The position numbers and the translations under genes are program-made. DNA of 63,798 bases, counting the filler, from Octopus bimaculoides (taxonomy: Eukaryota): NCBI RefSeq assembly GCF_001194135.2. It is 7 parts of 7 records of this genome, joined end to end, with 100 filler letters (N's around TTAATTAATTAA, not from the genome) between each part and the next. Parts side by side here need not be neighbours in the genome. Positions count along the whole stretch, not along the records: positions 25,872 to 46,714 come from NC_068987.1; 6 more parts are not named here. One strand, written 5' to 3'. The notes under the pieces were generated by a model. The model ran no database searches. It was not told the DNA's origin and saw only the letters and a program-made list of their open reading frames with translations. Each line of letters starts with the position of its first letter. Positions within the stretch are counted from its first letter, which is position 1. Below, in pieces: positions 33,023 to 46,715 of the stretch.

Positions 33023-33329
33023 GTAAGTCCTGCTCACCTCTTGTTTTCTCCCTGTCTCTGCTACATTCCTGTTTTTTCTTATGTTTGTGGCAAGAGTAAA
33101 TATATTTCTGTTTAATAATATACCCCTAATGCACTCATCTTTCCTGTACTTCACTCTCTCCAAACTCTGTAGGGATCATGCATGTTTCTAAGAAGTGTTA
33201 AGGCCACATCCTCAAGAAGACCCGTTCTCCACAGCAGAAATGTTAGAGCTGCATCCCTTGGTGAAGAGGATTATCCTACAAGAGTCCCAAATAAAAAGAA
33301 CTCATGCCAGTGCCAAAGTAGTTAGCGTT

Positions 33330-33605
33330 AGGAAGAACATCCAGCCATAGAGACCAAGCCAAATCAGACTGGAACCTAGTGCATTTCTCTGGCTTGCTAG
33401 CTCAAGTCAAACTGTCCAACCCATGCCAGCATGGAAAACAGATGTTAAAGGATGATGATGATGTTCAAAGTATTTGCCAACCTATCAGGAGTGGCAGACA
33501 TTTAAATGTGTTGTTGTTGTTGTTGTTATTATTCAGGTCACTACCTGGAATCGAATTCGGAATCTTTGGGGTTAGTAGCCCATGCTCTTAACCACTACGC
33601 CATAA
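33330..33605. mobile_element. RTE-type tail (33330-33465 plus) and solo tRNA head of the composite family (about 33530-33605 minus)
   Basis: Minus strand tatggcgtagtggttaagagcatgggctactaacccc..gaattcgattccaggtagtgacctgaataataac matches the composite element head. Confidence 0.7.
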
Positions 33606-34439
33606 GTTGACTCGTTTGTGTTTCCTTGTCTTGACATTGCATAATAGTTATGAGTGTCACTGCAGTATCACAAATAAACAACATAAACTGTGTCATTCAT
33701 TTCTAAAATTCTGCAAAAGACATGGCTGAGCTATGGAAAACATTACCTTGGTTGGAAGCAGGTAAGGGTTAGCAGCAGAAAGAACGTCTGGCTACAGAGA
33801 ATTTGCCTCAAACTCTGTCCAACACATGTGAGCATAGAGAAATGGTTGTTAAAATGATAACAGAACAATGTACTGCTCATTTATATAGGATAGTCTTACT
33901 GCCACATATGCGTACACATATCTTAGACTGAAAGAAAAAAGAACTGGCTGAGATTCGCATAACCTCTAATTCAAAGAAATATTGTTTTATCTCTGTAGTT
34001 ATCTCGGAGCAGAAACTGTTGAGAAAGAAAACAAACTCCCTCTTCCCTTTGTCATTTCTACTGTGTCATCCCCAACTAAACACTTCCTAGTCATGCCTTT
34101 CACAGAACTGTAGATTCCTAAAATCACTCCCACCCTCCACACTATCCTTATTTTTTTTCCCTTCAGATGTTTGACTTCAACAGTGTATGAAGTCCTACAG
34201 AGATTGAGATTGTTAATAGGATGAAAGACCTTTATGAGATTTCTATGTAACTAGGGACTAATGTTCTAAACTATTGACCATATCAGCCACTAGATCAAAC
34301 TCATTCTATGATGTAGTCTCACTCATAAGAAGTCCTGCTTTTCTGTCACTGTCCATCCACTCTGACCTTGGGTCCATGTCTCTATCCACCATTTACTATG
34401 TCCTGTTTCTAAGTTAATTGTCTCTTTCTCTCTCAACAG

Positions 34440-34569
34440 ATACATGGAATATATTGATAGAAATAATGTAGAGTCCTACTTCAGCATGACTGATTACCCA
34501 GAAGAACACAAAAAGAAAGTGATACTTTTGAAATACTTCCGCAGTTATATGAGTGAACATTTGCTCAAG
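34440..34569 (+). CDS. PLK1: PLK1 exon: PB1 end/PB linker, YMEYIDRNNVESYFSMTDYPEEHKKKVILLKYFRSYMSEHLLK
   Basis: Pyrimidine-rich CAG acceptor, GTAAGG donor. KKVxLLKYFRSYMSEHLLK motif of PLK1. Confidence 0.96.
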
Positions 34570-34709
34570 GTAAGGCTTGCTCTCACACTCAAAAACAAAA
34601 AGATATCTGATACAAACCACTCTCTTCTAAACCATAATATAAACAACCTGAAAGGGTGTGTATAGACATCACTTATAATTATTGTTTTTTTGTTGTTTTT
34701 TTTTCATAG

Positions 34710-34826
34710 GCTGGTGCTGGTATAAGATCACATGATACTGATAAGTACAGCCGATTGCCATTCTTGAAATCTTGGTTCCGAACTAAAAGTGCCATCAACC
34801 TTTACCTTAGCAATGGCACTGTTCAG
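34710..34826 (+). CDS. PLK1: PLK1 exon: polo box 2 start, AGAGIRSHDTDKYSRLPFLKSWFRTKSAINLYLSNGTVQ
   Basis: T-tract + TAG acceptor, GTAATT donor, 117 nt phase 0-0. RLPxLxxWFRTxSAI..LSNGTVQ motif. Confidence 0.96.
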
Positions 34827-36101
34827 GTAATTTTTACATTTTAATATTGATGACAGCTCTTTTTTTTTTTAATATTTTCTCTGAATGTTGTTTTTCTTAA
34901 CTCAGCAGCTGGTCTTCCAAATCCAGCTGTAAAAATTGTTGACGTTTTGGAGGGGAGGGTATAGGATTACCATAGGGTATGTCATTCATTTGCATATGAC
35001 ATTGTGATTATATATTGTTAATGAAAGAAATTCTTATTGTCCTTCTTCCTTACTTTCTGAATTCCAATTCCAGTACGACTGATCTTTACCTTTTATCTAT
35101 TAGGTGATCGATAAAACAAATAACTGCAAGCCCTCTCCCTGCTTCCCAGTTATATATTGGTGACTTTCAACCAAAGTTAGAAACCTTTATAATTCCAACT
35201 ACAGTGTTTTTTTCTCTAGTAATCCTTCCAAAAGATTGACATTTATGCAATCCTCAGAAATCAATTTATCATTATTTAAAAGCAGAAGAGTGATAACTGG
35301 TACAGCGTCAAATTGAATATCTTGTATTCAGTTTGGTCACTTAACATTCATCATTCAAACCTCACCCAAAGTAGGCATTGTCTTTTATTTATGTACTCAA
35401 ATCATACTTTGGGTACTTTCATGCTATGCTCATTGTATAGACTATGGTGTGCTGTATTCTCAATAGAGAACGTGGTACTGTGCATTCCAGTGATAACCTA
35501 CATGTAATTTGTTCTGCAAAAACAAACTTAGTAGGATAACAAAAGAATTAGTTAAACTGAATTTAAATCATTGACAAATGACATTACTGTTTCCTTGGGT
35601 AATGTCACACTTTTTTGTGCACAATTTTGATACAAATAAATACAGCATGAGCATAAATTAGACATGAAACTAGGAAACCTTGTGCAAGAGATCTCACTGT
35701 TATCAATACTAGTCCCAATTATAAATGCTGAGATACATACTGCATATTGGAGCAACCATCTTCAATAAGGTTGTTGTCTCTTTCAGTATGTGAAAATTAA
35801 GCTTGAAAACGTTTTTCTTGGTCTGGTCCTTTGGGCCTGCTGGTTGATTTGTAAACAGTGGCTAGAGTAATACAATGAGATGTGTGGATGAAGAGTTAAT
35901 GGCAACTGGCAGAAATAGTGTTGACAGATGGGGTGACAGCAAAAAGTTTGAAAGATACAAGTGTGATGTTTAAAAAAGAAATGACTTTATTAGAACTCCC
36001 CCTTTTTTTTCCAGGGTAAACTATATTGTGTAACCTGTATAAGTTAGCTAATATTGAAGATTTTAATCTATTTTTATATTATATTATTTTTTTTTCCACA
36101 G

Positions 36102-36326
36102 ATCAATTTCTTTGAGGACCACACCAAAATCATCCTCTGTCCAGTGATGGGAGCAGTTACATATATTGACGAAAAGCGAAACTGTAAAACATACCGATTC
36201 CTCACTCTTAAAGAGAATGGCATCACCAAAGATCTGTTTGAGCGATTATATTATGCCAAAACTATAGTTGACCGTTTCATTAGTAGGAATCTACCACTGC
36301 GCCCAAAGTCAAAGAATGTCAAATAA
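36102..36326 (+). CDS. PLK1: PLK1 last coding exon: polo box 2, [74 protein letters not shown]
   Basis: tttttccacAG acceptor. FFxDHTKxILCP carries the His/Lys pincer (H538/K540 equivalents). TAA stop ends at 36326. Confidence 0.97.
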   Translation: MNFFEDHTKIILCPVMGAVTYIDEKRNCKTYRFLTLKENGITKDLFERLYYAKTIVDRFISRNLPLRPKSKNVK

Positions 36327-37953
36327 GCTTGTTGTAAATCATCAAATAATGGACTAATAATCATTTGGTGTGGTGGAGACACTGGCACCGGGAAACTCAA
36401 GGAGGATCTTCTATTGCCTCTTGACCTCAGGGTTTCAAGCAATTCTTGAAATTGCCAGACAATGTAAAATGAAATTAACAGAAACCCTTCAGTTTCTCAC
36501 TGCTTTGACTTCAAGACACACACACACACACCTCATATATATGTGTGTGTGTGTGTATTTGAGATCTATACATAATATCTAAAATGGTGTGGTTTAAAGT
36601 GTTACTGTTTCAGTAGTAACGCATTTTGTATACACACACACACACACACACAAACAATCACAAATATATTCTCACACTTTACTCACCCCTCCCCAACTCT
36701 TCAAACTCAATATTTAAGCCTTTAGCCCTTTCTTTTTTGTCTCTATTGCTGAAAATGTGCTCCTTACCTGTGTCTGGTGACTGTCGGTCATGTGTGTGTG
36801 TTTCTATCCACTTTCTTTCCTTATCCAGCCTTTTTTTTTTTTTCTTTCATTCTTTTATCAATTTAATATCTTCTGTCAATGTTGCTATAATTGGTGAAGG
36901 CCAATTTCTTTGAAATCCCAGAAGCGGGCCAGAATTAAAACAGGATCAAACTATAACTGGTATTTTAAAGAAATCAATAAATGAGAAACCTTCACTTCTT
37001 TTACAACATAAATTTTTAGGGGCAAATTGCCAAAAAAGATAGATATGTATATACTGACTTTTTTTTTTCTTGTTATTAATTTTTAACATTGCTTGGGACT
37101 GTTGTTTAATGAAGTTCTCCATTGTTATGCTGTGCAACATTTAGGTCTACTGATAGTTGCTGTGCTTCGTTCTGCTTGATATTTTTCTCTTCTATTGAGA
37201 AATGTCTTGCTACATTCATCTATATTTTTGCTGCATCTTCCTTCACTTCGTCTTATATATACACACACACAGAGACACACACATACATGTGTGTGTTTTT
37301 GTGTGCATGTATGTAATTACATATACACACGCACACACAATATCAGTGATTCTGGACCACTCAAGGACAGGAATTCAGGCCTAGACTTGATGTCTACGTG
37401 TCCACCTTCTGCAAAACTCTTTCACAATTTCATGACATTTACGGGAGTTTGGGGGTGGGATCGGGGTCAGAATAGGTCTTGATATCTTAATGTAGGGACA
37501 ATGTACATATGAACTCTACTTAAACTCAACCAAATTCTTGGACTGACTCCAAAATAGGTTGTATTTAATTTCTCTTCCTGTTGTGATTTTAGAAAATGGA
37601 TTCTCTCTCTTTTTCTTCTTCCTTTCAACCTTTTAACTTCTGTAAACATTTTCTTAACCCATTTGTAAGTAAACAGGTTTTTTTTTTTTTAATGTTTCCA
37701 ATAAAGACTTACACATCTGACCTTAATCCTTGTTTTCAATTTTTATATTTTCCAATTGAAAAAGCCTAAGCCTTTTGGTACCAACCTTGGTTTTATACAA
37801 TGAACTTTCAATTTTAAAGTGATTTAAATTAAAACCTATCAAAATTTTACAAATTAATTGAGACAACGACTATTTCTACAGAAATATGGTAACAAAAGTG
37901 CTAAAGGTTTTCCAAAAACAAATGCACGTTGACCTTTGGAGCCTTTTAATAAA
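36327..37953 (+). promoter_or_regulatory. Putative PLK1 3' UTR with candidate AATAAA signals at 36976, 37700 and 37948
   Basis: TE-poor, U-rich sequence after the stop codon. Three AATAAA hexamers seen. The true 3' end cannot be determined from DNA alone. Confidence 0.45.
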
Positions 37954-38339
37954 GATCCAAGTTATTTAAGATCATTTCCATTCCATGTGTCAGATTGGAT
38001 TCCCTACCAATTTCAGTCACAGTTTAGTGGCATGATGGAGAACCAAAAGTTAAAATTTGGCTTCTCTCTTGTTTAGTCAAAATATGTGCACCAACATAAG
38101 CCCTGACAGGGCCTCTGAGACCGCTGTTAGGAGACTATCATTTGAATCTTTACAACACCATGGAATGACAAAGTATTGGTGTTAAACCAAACCAAAGAAC
38201 AGGAACAGTCTTGTAACGGAAAATGTAATTTGCTGTAGTCAAGGGTTGCCAATTTGTAATGGTATGTATTATGATAATTGTTGGAGTCAGCAGTTACCAA
38301 TTGTGACGGGTGTTGATGTTGCAGATGTGCAAGATGAAA

Positions 38340-38755
38340 ATTCGACGACTGGCACCCATGCCAACGTCGTCTCTTTCATTGGAAACAAAACTCAGCTTGC
38401 GAAGACCTATTGGGGCAAGCGAAAGCGAAACTGTCATGGCACCTGTGCCCAGCATCGCCTTCTTGGCACGTGCAAAGACATTCGAGCAAGATCGTTGCCA
38501 GTGCAGGTGGAATGTAAAATACACCATTTTGAGCGCGGCCGTTGCCAGTACCGCCTGACTGGCCTTCGTGCCAGTGGTACGTAAAAGCACCCACTACACT
38601 CGGAGTGGTTGACGTTAGGAAGGGCATCCAGCTGTAGAAACTCTGCCAAATCAGATTGGAGCCTGGTGTAGCCATCTGGTTTCACCAGTCCTCAGTCAAA
38701 TTGTCCAATCCATGCTAGCATGGAAAGTGGACATTAAACGACGATGATGATGATG
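38340..38755 (+). mobile_element. RTE-tailed SINE/LINE derivative with hairpin-forming 5' segment (related copies 43120-43495, 44765-44945, 45535-45700 minus; 5' segment also at 11575-11625)
   Basis: Shared core acgtaaaagcacccactac..gttaggaagggcatccagctgtag and (GAT)n tail. Confidence 0.75.
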
Positions 38756-38808
38756 TTACATATTGCTATAGCCAAACAATAACAGGCTGCTAAAATATAA
38801 TTTGTAAA

Positions 38809-40827
38809 GCATGAGAGGTAAAGAGAGATTGTATAGATTTTTTCCTTCTATGGGTGTGTTTGTGTTCTCTTCATTGTGTAGTAGTAAACCACAAATAGAG
38901 ATAGGGTAATGTTGTAGGGAAGTGAAAGTAAGAGAGTGGAGGGGGAAGTGAAGCATCATAACTGCTGAATACCACACAGGAACGTCTTCTCTCTCCTTTG
39001 GTCAGGTTGCCACATGTTAGTCGCTTTTTCACCAACTGATTAGAGTTCTTGTATTTATAACGATACAAAACTAGTTAGAAAAATAGGTATATTGCACTGT
39101 TATCTCAATTCAACTTTCCATCGCATACAAGTGGCAAAGACAAATTGGCTTAGTGAAGCCATGTGTTAAATGTAACTGCTGTCACTATTGTTTTTCTGTG
39201 AGAAAAGTGCTGTTGAAATATGGGAAATTTGCCAATTCAGGTTCAAATCTATTCTATGCCTAAATGAAGTCACTACATTACTCATCCTCTAGAGAGCTTC
39301 TAAGAAAAAGAAACAAATGATCTAGGAAGAGGAAAAATTTTGCATATCAGGAGAGAGAATCATTGAAGTGTATATGGAACAATTTTCTGTTCGGATAAGT
39401 CTGAAAAGTGATGTCACTTTGCATGCAGAAATGTGCAGTGCAGGAATGACTTAGCATATGAGGGCATATATACGAGTACAGGTGCACTTGTCAAAATTTA
39501 CCATAGAATAAGCTCAGGTGAGTGAGTGAGTGCATTCTCAAACCATGATATCACAGAGCTTACAGGATTGCAGTGTGTGAAATGCTTTGAAGGTTTTCCT
39601 GAAGCAAAATGTGTCTGCCACTGTTGTGGGTAATTGCTGAGGTTAGCAAGAATGACAATGCAGTGTGCTGGCATGTTGTAAAGGACAAACAACTTTCTCT
39701 ATGTATACATGACTGACCAAGAGTCTAATAGAGGTAAGTTGCATCCACAAGGGTATAGGGAGCATGAAAAACAAGTGAGAAAGGCATGGTGTGGTGCATG
39801 AATATGACTGTTGGCATGCAGGTATATGTATGAACGTTGTGTGGAGCAACAAAAAGGAATGAACAGTCTAAAATGAGTAAACAAAAGTGAAAATAGTGTC
39901 CTTTTTTTAAAAGTCTATTGCTGAAAAGTGAGAAAAACTGCATGCTAAGAAAAAGTTGTTGAGAGTCTTAAATTTGTAGAAAAGTTAATAGATAATGCAA
40001 TGACTGTACATCAGAGCTAGATGAGAAGTGTGTGTGCGCCAAAAAGATTGCATGTGCGGGCTTCCATATTTTCCTCCAGGTAGTTTGTGGGCAGGTGGCT
40101 GTCAAAATGATGCATTTATGGGCTTCCATGGTCAGTGAAATATGTGCGTCAGCAGGGTTGCATTGTAGTGAAGAGCATCCAGTTTAGAGCTTTCTGTAAC
40201 AAGTGGAACGAGAGTTGTGGCTTGATGAAAGTGGAGTGCATGTGTGGCACTTTCTGTAAGAATTCGAAAAGGGGTCCATCACAAGTCAGTGGTGCTTTGT
40301 AGACAGGGTGGCATGTGTAATATAATTCATAAAGCTTGAGAGGTAAAGGGAGATAGCATAGATTTTCCTTCTATAGGTGTGTTTGTGTTCTCATCATTGT
40401 GTGGTAGTAAACAACAGATAGAGATAGGATGTGGAGAGGGAAGTGAAACATAACTGCTGACCACCACACAGGAATGTCTTCTCTCTCCCTTGGTCAGGTT
40501 GCCTCTCATGTTAGTCACTTTTTCACCAACTGACTTTGGCTTACGGAGTTCTTGTATTTATAACTATACAAAACTAGTTAGAAAATAGGCATATTGCAGA
40601 GAACAATAGATATTCTTTGGGGATCCACTGTTATCTCAATTCAACTCTCCGTAGCATAGAAGAAGTTAGAAGGGTCAAGTGGCAAAGACAAATCAGTTTA
40701 GTGAAGCCATGTATTAAATGTAACTGCTGTCACTATTGTTTTTTCTCTGAGAAAAGTGCTGTTGAAATATTATGGGAAATTTGCCGATTCAGGTTCGAAT
40801 CTACCCTATGCCTAAATGAAGTCACTA
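38809..40827 (-). mobile_element. Highly degenerate Penelope-like element with a ~480-500 bp direct duplication (38809-39275 and 40334-40827)
   Basis: The direct repeat is seen in the sequence. Minus-strand remnants such as HFTSLQHYPISICGLLLHNEEN resemble the GIY-YIG C-terminal segment of PLEs (weak). Confidence 0.45.
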
Positions 40828-42265
40828 GTCTCATGGGCTTCCACATAATTTCTGTCTTCAAAGTACAAGGTACAAGGGACTTACCCAAGTTACAGTTCTT
40901 TATATTTTGTGTTCATCTGCATCAACAGCACTAGTACTATACTGTTTCCTTTCCACTTGGACAAAAACAGTTTCATGAAGACAGAGGAACACTCCACAAT
41001 GACTAAGTCTTCCATTTAGAAAAAAAAAGTTTAAAAAAAAGCAGGTCAACTTCTCAACTACACATCTTGTATGGGAGACATAACTTTGGCAGTATCAAAG
41101 ATACGAATCCTTGGACTTTTGGCCAGTGTTGACATCTTTACCCTTTTGATACCAACCTACCTGAAACTACCCTTCGTTCAATGATATGAACTTCCTGTTG
41201 CAAACTAATCTAAATTTAAAGCCTTCCTTCAAAATTTCATGTTAATTTACATTCCAAACACTAGCTTAATAATGACAGTTATTCTAATAAATTTTTCATT
41301 ACTTTCAAAATTAATTAACAGAAAGACTACCACAACAAATATAATAAAAAATCCAAATCTGGATCTTAACATTTTATCTATGGACCCCTTTGATTACTAT
41401 TTTCTTCTGGTAAACCCCTATAGCCATTTGATGTTTATAAACTAATTTCATGAATACTTCTTTCAAAATACCTATTTTGTTCTGGCACTCCAACACTACC
41501 CTCCATTTCTCTCCTTCAGCAGCAAGTCACCTGTGCTTGTCCCTCTGTCATACTTTAGCCTTTCAACATCTGGCACAAAGCCACTTTCCCCTCTCAAATA
41601 CTCCCTACCAGGATCTTATTCCTTTTCCTTTTGCTCCATTCTTTTTTTTTTTTTTGGTCCTACAAGTCACAGGGCAAACTCACTTGTGCCAGTGGCACAA
41701 GGAAGCATCCTGTACACTCTGTAAGGCAGTTCACATTAGGAAGGGCATCCAGCTGAAGAAGCTATTCCATAGCAGACATTGGGGTCAAATGCATTTGTCT
41801 GGCTTGTTTGGCCCTGTTGAACCAACCTACCTATATCAACACGGAATATGGAAGTTAAATGAAGATGATGATGATATATATGCGTTTGTGTGCTAATGTC
41901 TTGTCTTGACATCACATGGTAGTTGTAAATGAGTGCCACTGCTATGCAAGCTGTCTTTTGTTCCCAATTTTCTGTGGAAACATCTCACCTTGCTTGAAAA
42001 CAGGTGAAGGCTGGCAGTAGGAAGGCCATTCAGCCATATAAAATCCCACTGCTCAACAAATTCTGTCTGACCCATTCAAACAAGGGATAGTGGACATTAA
42101 AATGATAGCATATCAATAACCTGGTCTTGATTTGGCACCATCAGAAACATGTCCTTGGCTTAACAGGATCATGTGAGTTATTTCTATTCTGTTCAACATT
42201 GTAAATAAATCCTTCTCCAGTTGTTCATTCAACAGAACAATATATTGATTGAATTATAGTAGAAA

Positions 42266-42483
42266 TAGCTGAGTATTGCAGACACTTTTACTCTGGAATA
42301 GCTGAGCATTCCAGACACATGTACTTGGAAGTAGCTGAGTATTCCCGGTGCATGTACCCTGGAGTAGCTATTACAGACACTTCTAACCTGGAGTAGTTGA
42401 GCATTGCAGACACTTCTACCTTGGAGGAGCTATTACAGACACCTTTACCCTGAAGTAGCTGAGTATTGCAGATACATGTACTC
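42266..42483 (+). repeat. Minisatellite, ~33-bp unit (tagctgagtattgcagacacttttactctggaa), about 7 diverged copies
   Basis: Direct inspection. Confidence 0.85.
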
Positions 42484-45400
42484 TTAAGCTGATCGTGTTT
42501 GAAGATTGTTAAAGTGTGTGATTACAGATATAGTCTATCTGACTTCCACTGTTTGTCCAATCCACTTCACTCACTCACCAATAGGTGATATTCATCCCAT
42601 GTAGTGTGAAGTACATTTCAACTTCAAATTTCTATCGTTGCAAAGTGAATCGTACCATTCGATCATGACTATACCCACTATTCAACATACTTAAGTACAA
42701 CCTCCAACCAGCATTCTATTTAAAGATTTAAATAATATTTAAATGAGATGAATATACTTAATTACATTATAGAGCATGAATAAACAGAAGCCAAGAAGTA
42801 TTATTTGAAGCTTGTTAGATAACTTGCTTTAAAATATGAAAAAGTGTTTCTAAGGATATTACCTGAACATTTAGGTACTTCCCATAATTCAGAGTAGCAA
42901 AGCATGCACCCGTACCTATCATCTGAATAGGGTAATACATATTTTATTGTTCCAGGTAATTTGGAATCTAATTTTTTTTTTTTTTGACTTCTCAAATTTT
43001 TTCCATGAGTGATGAAACAATTATAAGAATGATTATATAATCTCTGCTTGAATTTCCGAGAAGTAGAACCGATTGTATGTAAAAGTGTTCAGGTTAGTTA
43101 TTATGTCACATTTATATATCATCATCATCATCATCGTTTAACGTCCGCTTTCCATGCTAGCATGGGTTGGACGATTTGACTGAGGACTGGTGAAACCGGA
43201 TGGCAACACCAGGCTCCAATCTGATTTGGCAGAGTTTCCACAGCTGGATGCCCTTCCTAACGCCAACCACTCAGAGAGTGTAGTGGGTGCTTTTACGTGT
43301 CACCCGCACGAAGGCCAGTCAGGCGGTACTGGCAACGGCCACACTCAAAATGGTGTATGTTATGTGCCACCCGCACAAGAGCCAGTCCAGGGGCACTGGC
43401 AACGATCTTGCTCGAAAATCTTTACACATGTCATGGGCACAAGTGCCAGAAAGGCAACGCTGAGTTTCGTGTCCAATGAAGGAGACGACAAAACATAAAT
43501 AATTCAGAGGGCATAGAAGTTTGTTTTTAATTTAGGAGATTTATGGCCAATAGTACTTCTAGCGTTATTCAAGGACTGCAGAGAGTGTTAACTATTGTTA
43601 GATCCAGTAGAATTACTCACATTATCCAAGATTATGTAAGAGACAGTAGGGTTATTTTTTCCAGCAATGACACTACCATTGCAATGGTGGAAGTTACAAC
43701 AATTACTGTGATCATTAATAGTTACATAATCTTCATTTATATTAGAATCAATGCAAATTTTATCCAGGTTGGTTGTCACATTATCAGTGTTAAGGTTTAT
43801 TTTGTCACAGCTACCTCTAACACTATTGCTGCTATTAAGGTGGCAGGTAACACTACATATAGAAGTAATGTATTTATAGGTTGAAGTAGTCGGCTGAGAC
43901 AGGAGCTCCTAACTCTGTTATTTGTCTATGCCTTCTTATATATCTTTTTTTATCTATAATATTATTCTACTTGTTCTTGTGCTCCTGTCTGTTTCATCCA
44001 TATGCTGCGCTTACACCGAGGGAATTAAGAGAAAAATATAGAGAAAGAAAAGTGGGAGAAAAGTAGACAAAGGAACGGAAATAGTGGAATCCTTATTTCC
44101 CTATAAATTTGAATGTTATTTTTTAAATTACCACTTATCTAAAAATGTTGGTTGCATTCATCATCATCATCAAGGTATTTCATCTATTTATACCGGTTTA
44201 AAAGATGATGAATTATATGCTATGATGTAATCTATGAATAGATCAATAAAATTCCACTGAAATAGCTGTCAAAAATTTTACATCCCATTTGAGTTCCTTT
44301 TTCTTTCACCTAGAACCCACCATGAGTCAGAATAATGGTTTAATTTGGATTTGGCACTTACATATCTTCAGTATCCAACAAACACCTGATACCTTCATGG
44401 TCGTTTTACCTCACTGTGAATCCTATGCTATTGTACCAAGCTATTTCTGGCATCCTACATGTCAATTTCTGGTATCCTGTGTCAATTTTAGCATGTTTTC
44501 TATGACTAGATGCCAACCATATTACAGTGTGTACTGCTTACTCTTTTCATGTCACCAAGTCTGCCAAGTAAGTTTCAAGACAGAAAAGTATAGGACAGAG
44601 AAAATCCATCCCCATGACTAAGTAGGAGTGAGGGAGGTCTTAGGAAGTGGGAAGTTGCTTTATGCTCGATACTGTGAGGCTATTCTCAGCTGGGGTTCAT
44701 ATGGCTCTTGGGTGTCCATATACAATTTTGGTAAAATTTATGTGCAATAAATTGTTTATACTTCATCATCATCATTTAACGTCCACTGTCCATGCTGGCA
44801 TGGGTTGGACAGTTTGACCAGGGCTGGTAAATTGGAAGGCAGCACTAGACTCCAGTCAGATTTGGTATGGTTTTCTACAGCTGGATGCCCTTCCTAATGC
44901 CAACTACTCTGAGAGTGTAATGGGTGCTTTTACATACCACCAGGTGCTCTTTGCATGACATCAGACAGTAAACAAAATATTTTAATAATTTTTATACAAT
45001 TTCTAGCAATATTTAATTATAAGGATACAGTTAGTTTTGTTTATATACATCAAATGGCTATGGTAGTCAAGTAGAGTAAAATAGGAATTGTAGGGATCCA
45101 TAGGCAAAAAATGGTTGAGATCCACTGGGCTAGAGAATGAAAGAGGTACATGAACAGGTGCCTTGCTATAGAAGAGATACATGGAAATAAGGGTACATAG
45201 TAATAACTGGGAAGATGAAGAAGCAAGCTGGTAGTGGTGATGTGGCACAGAAAACACTTGATGTTGAGCATAAGAGGGGATATGGTCAGTGGATCGGGTG
45301 AGAGTATAGGAAAAGATGGGCAGTCTCATAAGAATGTGAGAAGAGAGTATCAAGATGGGTAGAGATGGATGTATCAAATGATGTACAAGAGTGGAGATGC

Positions 45401-46219
45401 AACTGGGGAGAAATATCGGATGTAGAGAAGGTAAAGTGGAAGAGACAGCAGTAACTTAGAAAGGAGGAAGGATGATAATCAGGCAACAGGATGGTCTGTA
45501 AGGTGTAAGAGCAATAGAAATCATCATCACCATCATTATCATCATCATTTAACATATGTTTTCCATGCTGGCATGGATTGGACAACTTGACAGAAACCAA
45601 TAAGGCCAAGGGCCACACCAGGGCCCATTGTCTGTTTTGACTTGGTTTCTACGGATACCTTTCCTAACAGCAATCACACCACATAGTGTACCGAGTGCTT
45701 TTTATATGGCACTCACAGGAGTGCTTTTAAGTGGCACCAGCACCCACACCAGTGCTTTTCCTGTGACACTTTGGTCTTGGGGTCTCAATTTTGTTGTGGT
45801 TTCCTCAAGTAGAGCAATGTACCAAAATGTCAACAAAGTCAACAAAAGGAAAAACAAACACATAAAAGTAATTATAGTCTTGAATTTATTCTTTCTTTCA
45901 GTATATGTTTTTATATATTTCTCAATATTCTCATTTTCTTTTTTCTCTGCATAAGATCACCAATGTTGTTTCAGGCTCAGAAAACTTCTACACCTATACA
46001 CCACCCACCCGCCTCCCGCCATCTTAAGTCAACAAATATCACCATATTGCTTAAAACACAGCATTCCCCTACACATTTAAATGCATCTGTATATGTATGT
46101 ATCATCCTGTCTGTATGTATATATGTGCATATATGTGTGAGGGAGCACACACGGAATTAATATAAACAGAAAAAAAAAAAAAAAACACATTATGTTGATT
46201 CACATATTTCCATATACAT

Positions 46220-46384
46220 CAAACCTCAGTGTGTATGAGATTCATGCATACATCTACATACATATGCATACATACAATGTATATATACATATATATATAC
46301 ATATACACAAAACTGTAGATAGATATACATAAGCATTATATATACATACACACAGACGTACACATATACATATGTTTACATACA

Positions 46385-46416
<32 letters not shown>

Positions 46417-46487
46417 CATACATACACACACACACACACACATATACATATGCATATATATATACATATACATACAGATATATAAAC

Positions 46488-46526
<39 letters not shown>

Positions 46527-46667
46527 CACATATACATACATACACATAGATACATACACATACATATATATATATACATATACAAATAAATATATATACA
46601 CATACAAATATATACACATACATATAAACACATACACACATATATATACGCACACATATACACACAC

Positions 46668-46714
<47 letters not shown>

Positions 46715-46715
46715 N
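46220..46715. repeat. (TA)n/(CATA)n/(CA)n microsatellite field
   Basis: Direct inspection. Confidence 0.9.

Noticed and set aside
42266-42483. Regularly spaced repeats as a possible CRISPR-like array
   Set aside because: Contiguous diverged tandem units without unique spacers, in a eukaryotic context with no cas genes.
43543-43884. Overlapping ~100-codon ORFs on both strands (Asn/Ser/Thr-rich on minus)
   Set aside because: No recognisable domain, start context or good splice sites. Probably decayed repeat.
46254-46669. Cys/Val/Tyr/Ile- or His/Thr-rich ORFs (also 21-370, 15116-15572, 52792-53071, 54296-55828, 56638-57055)
   Set aside because: Translations of (TA)n/(TG)n/(CA)n microsatellites.
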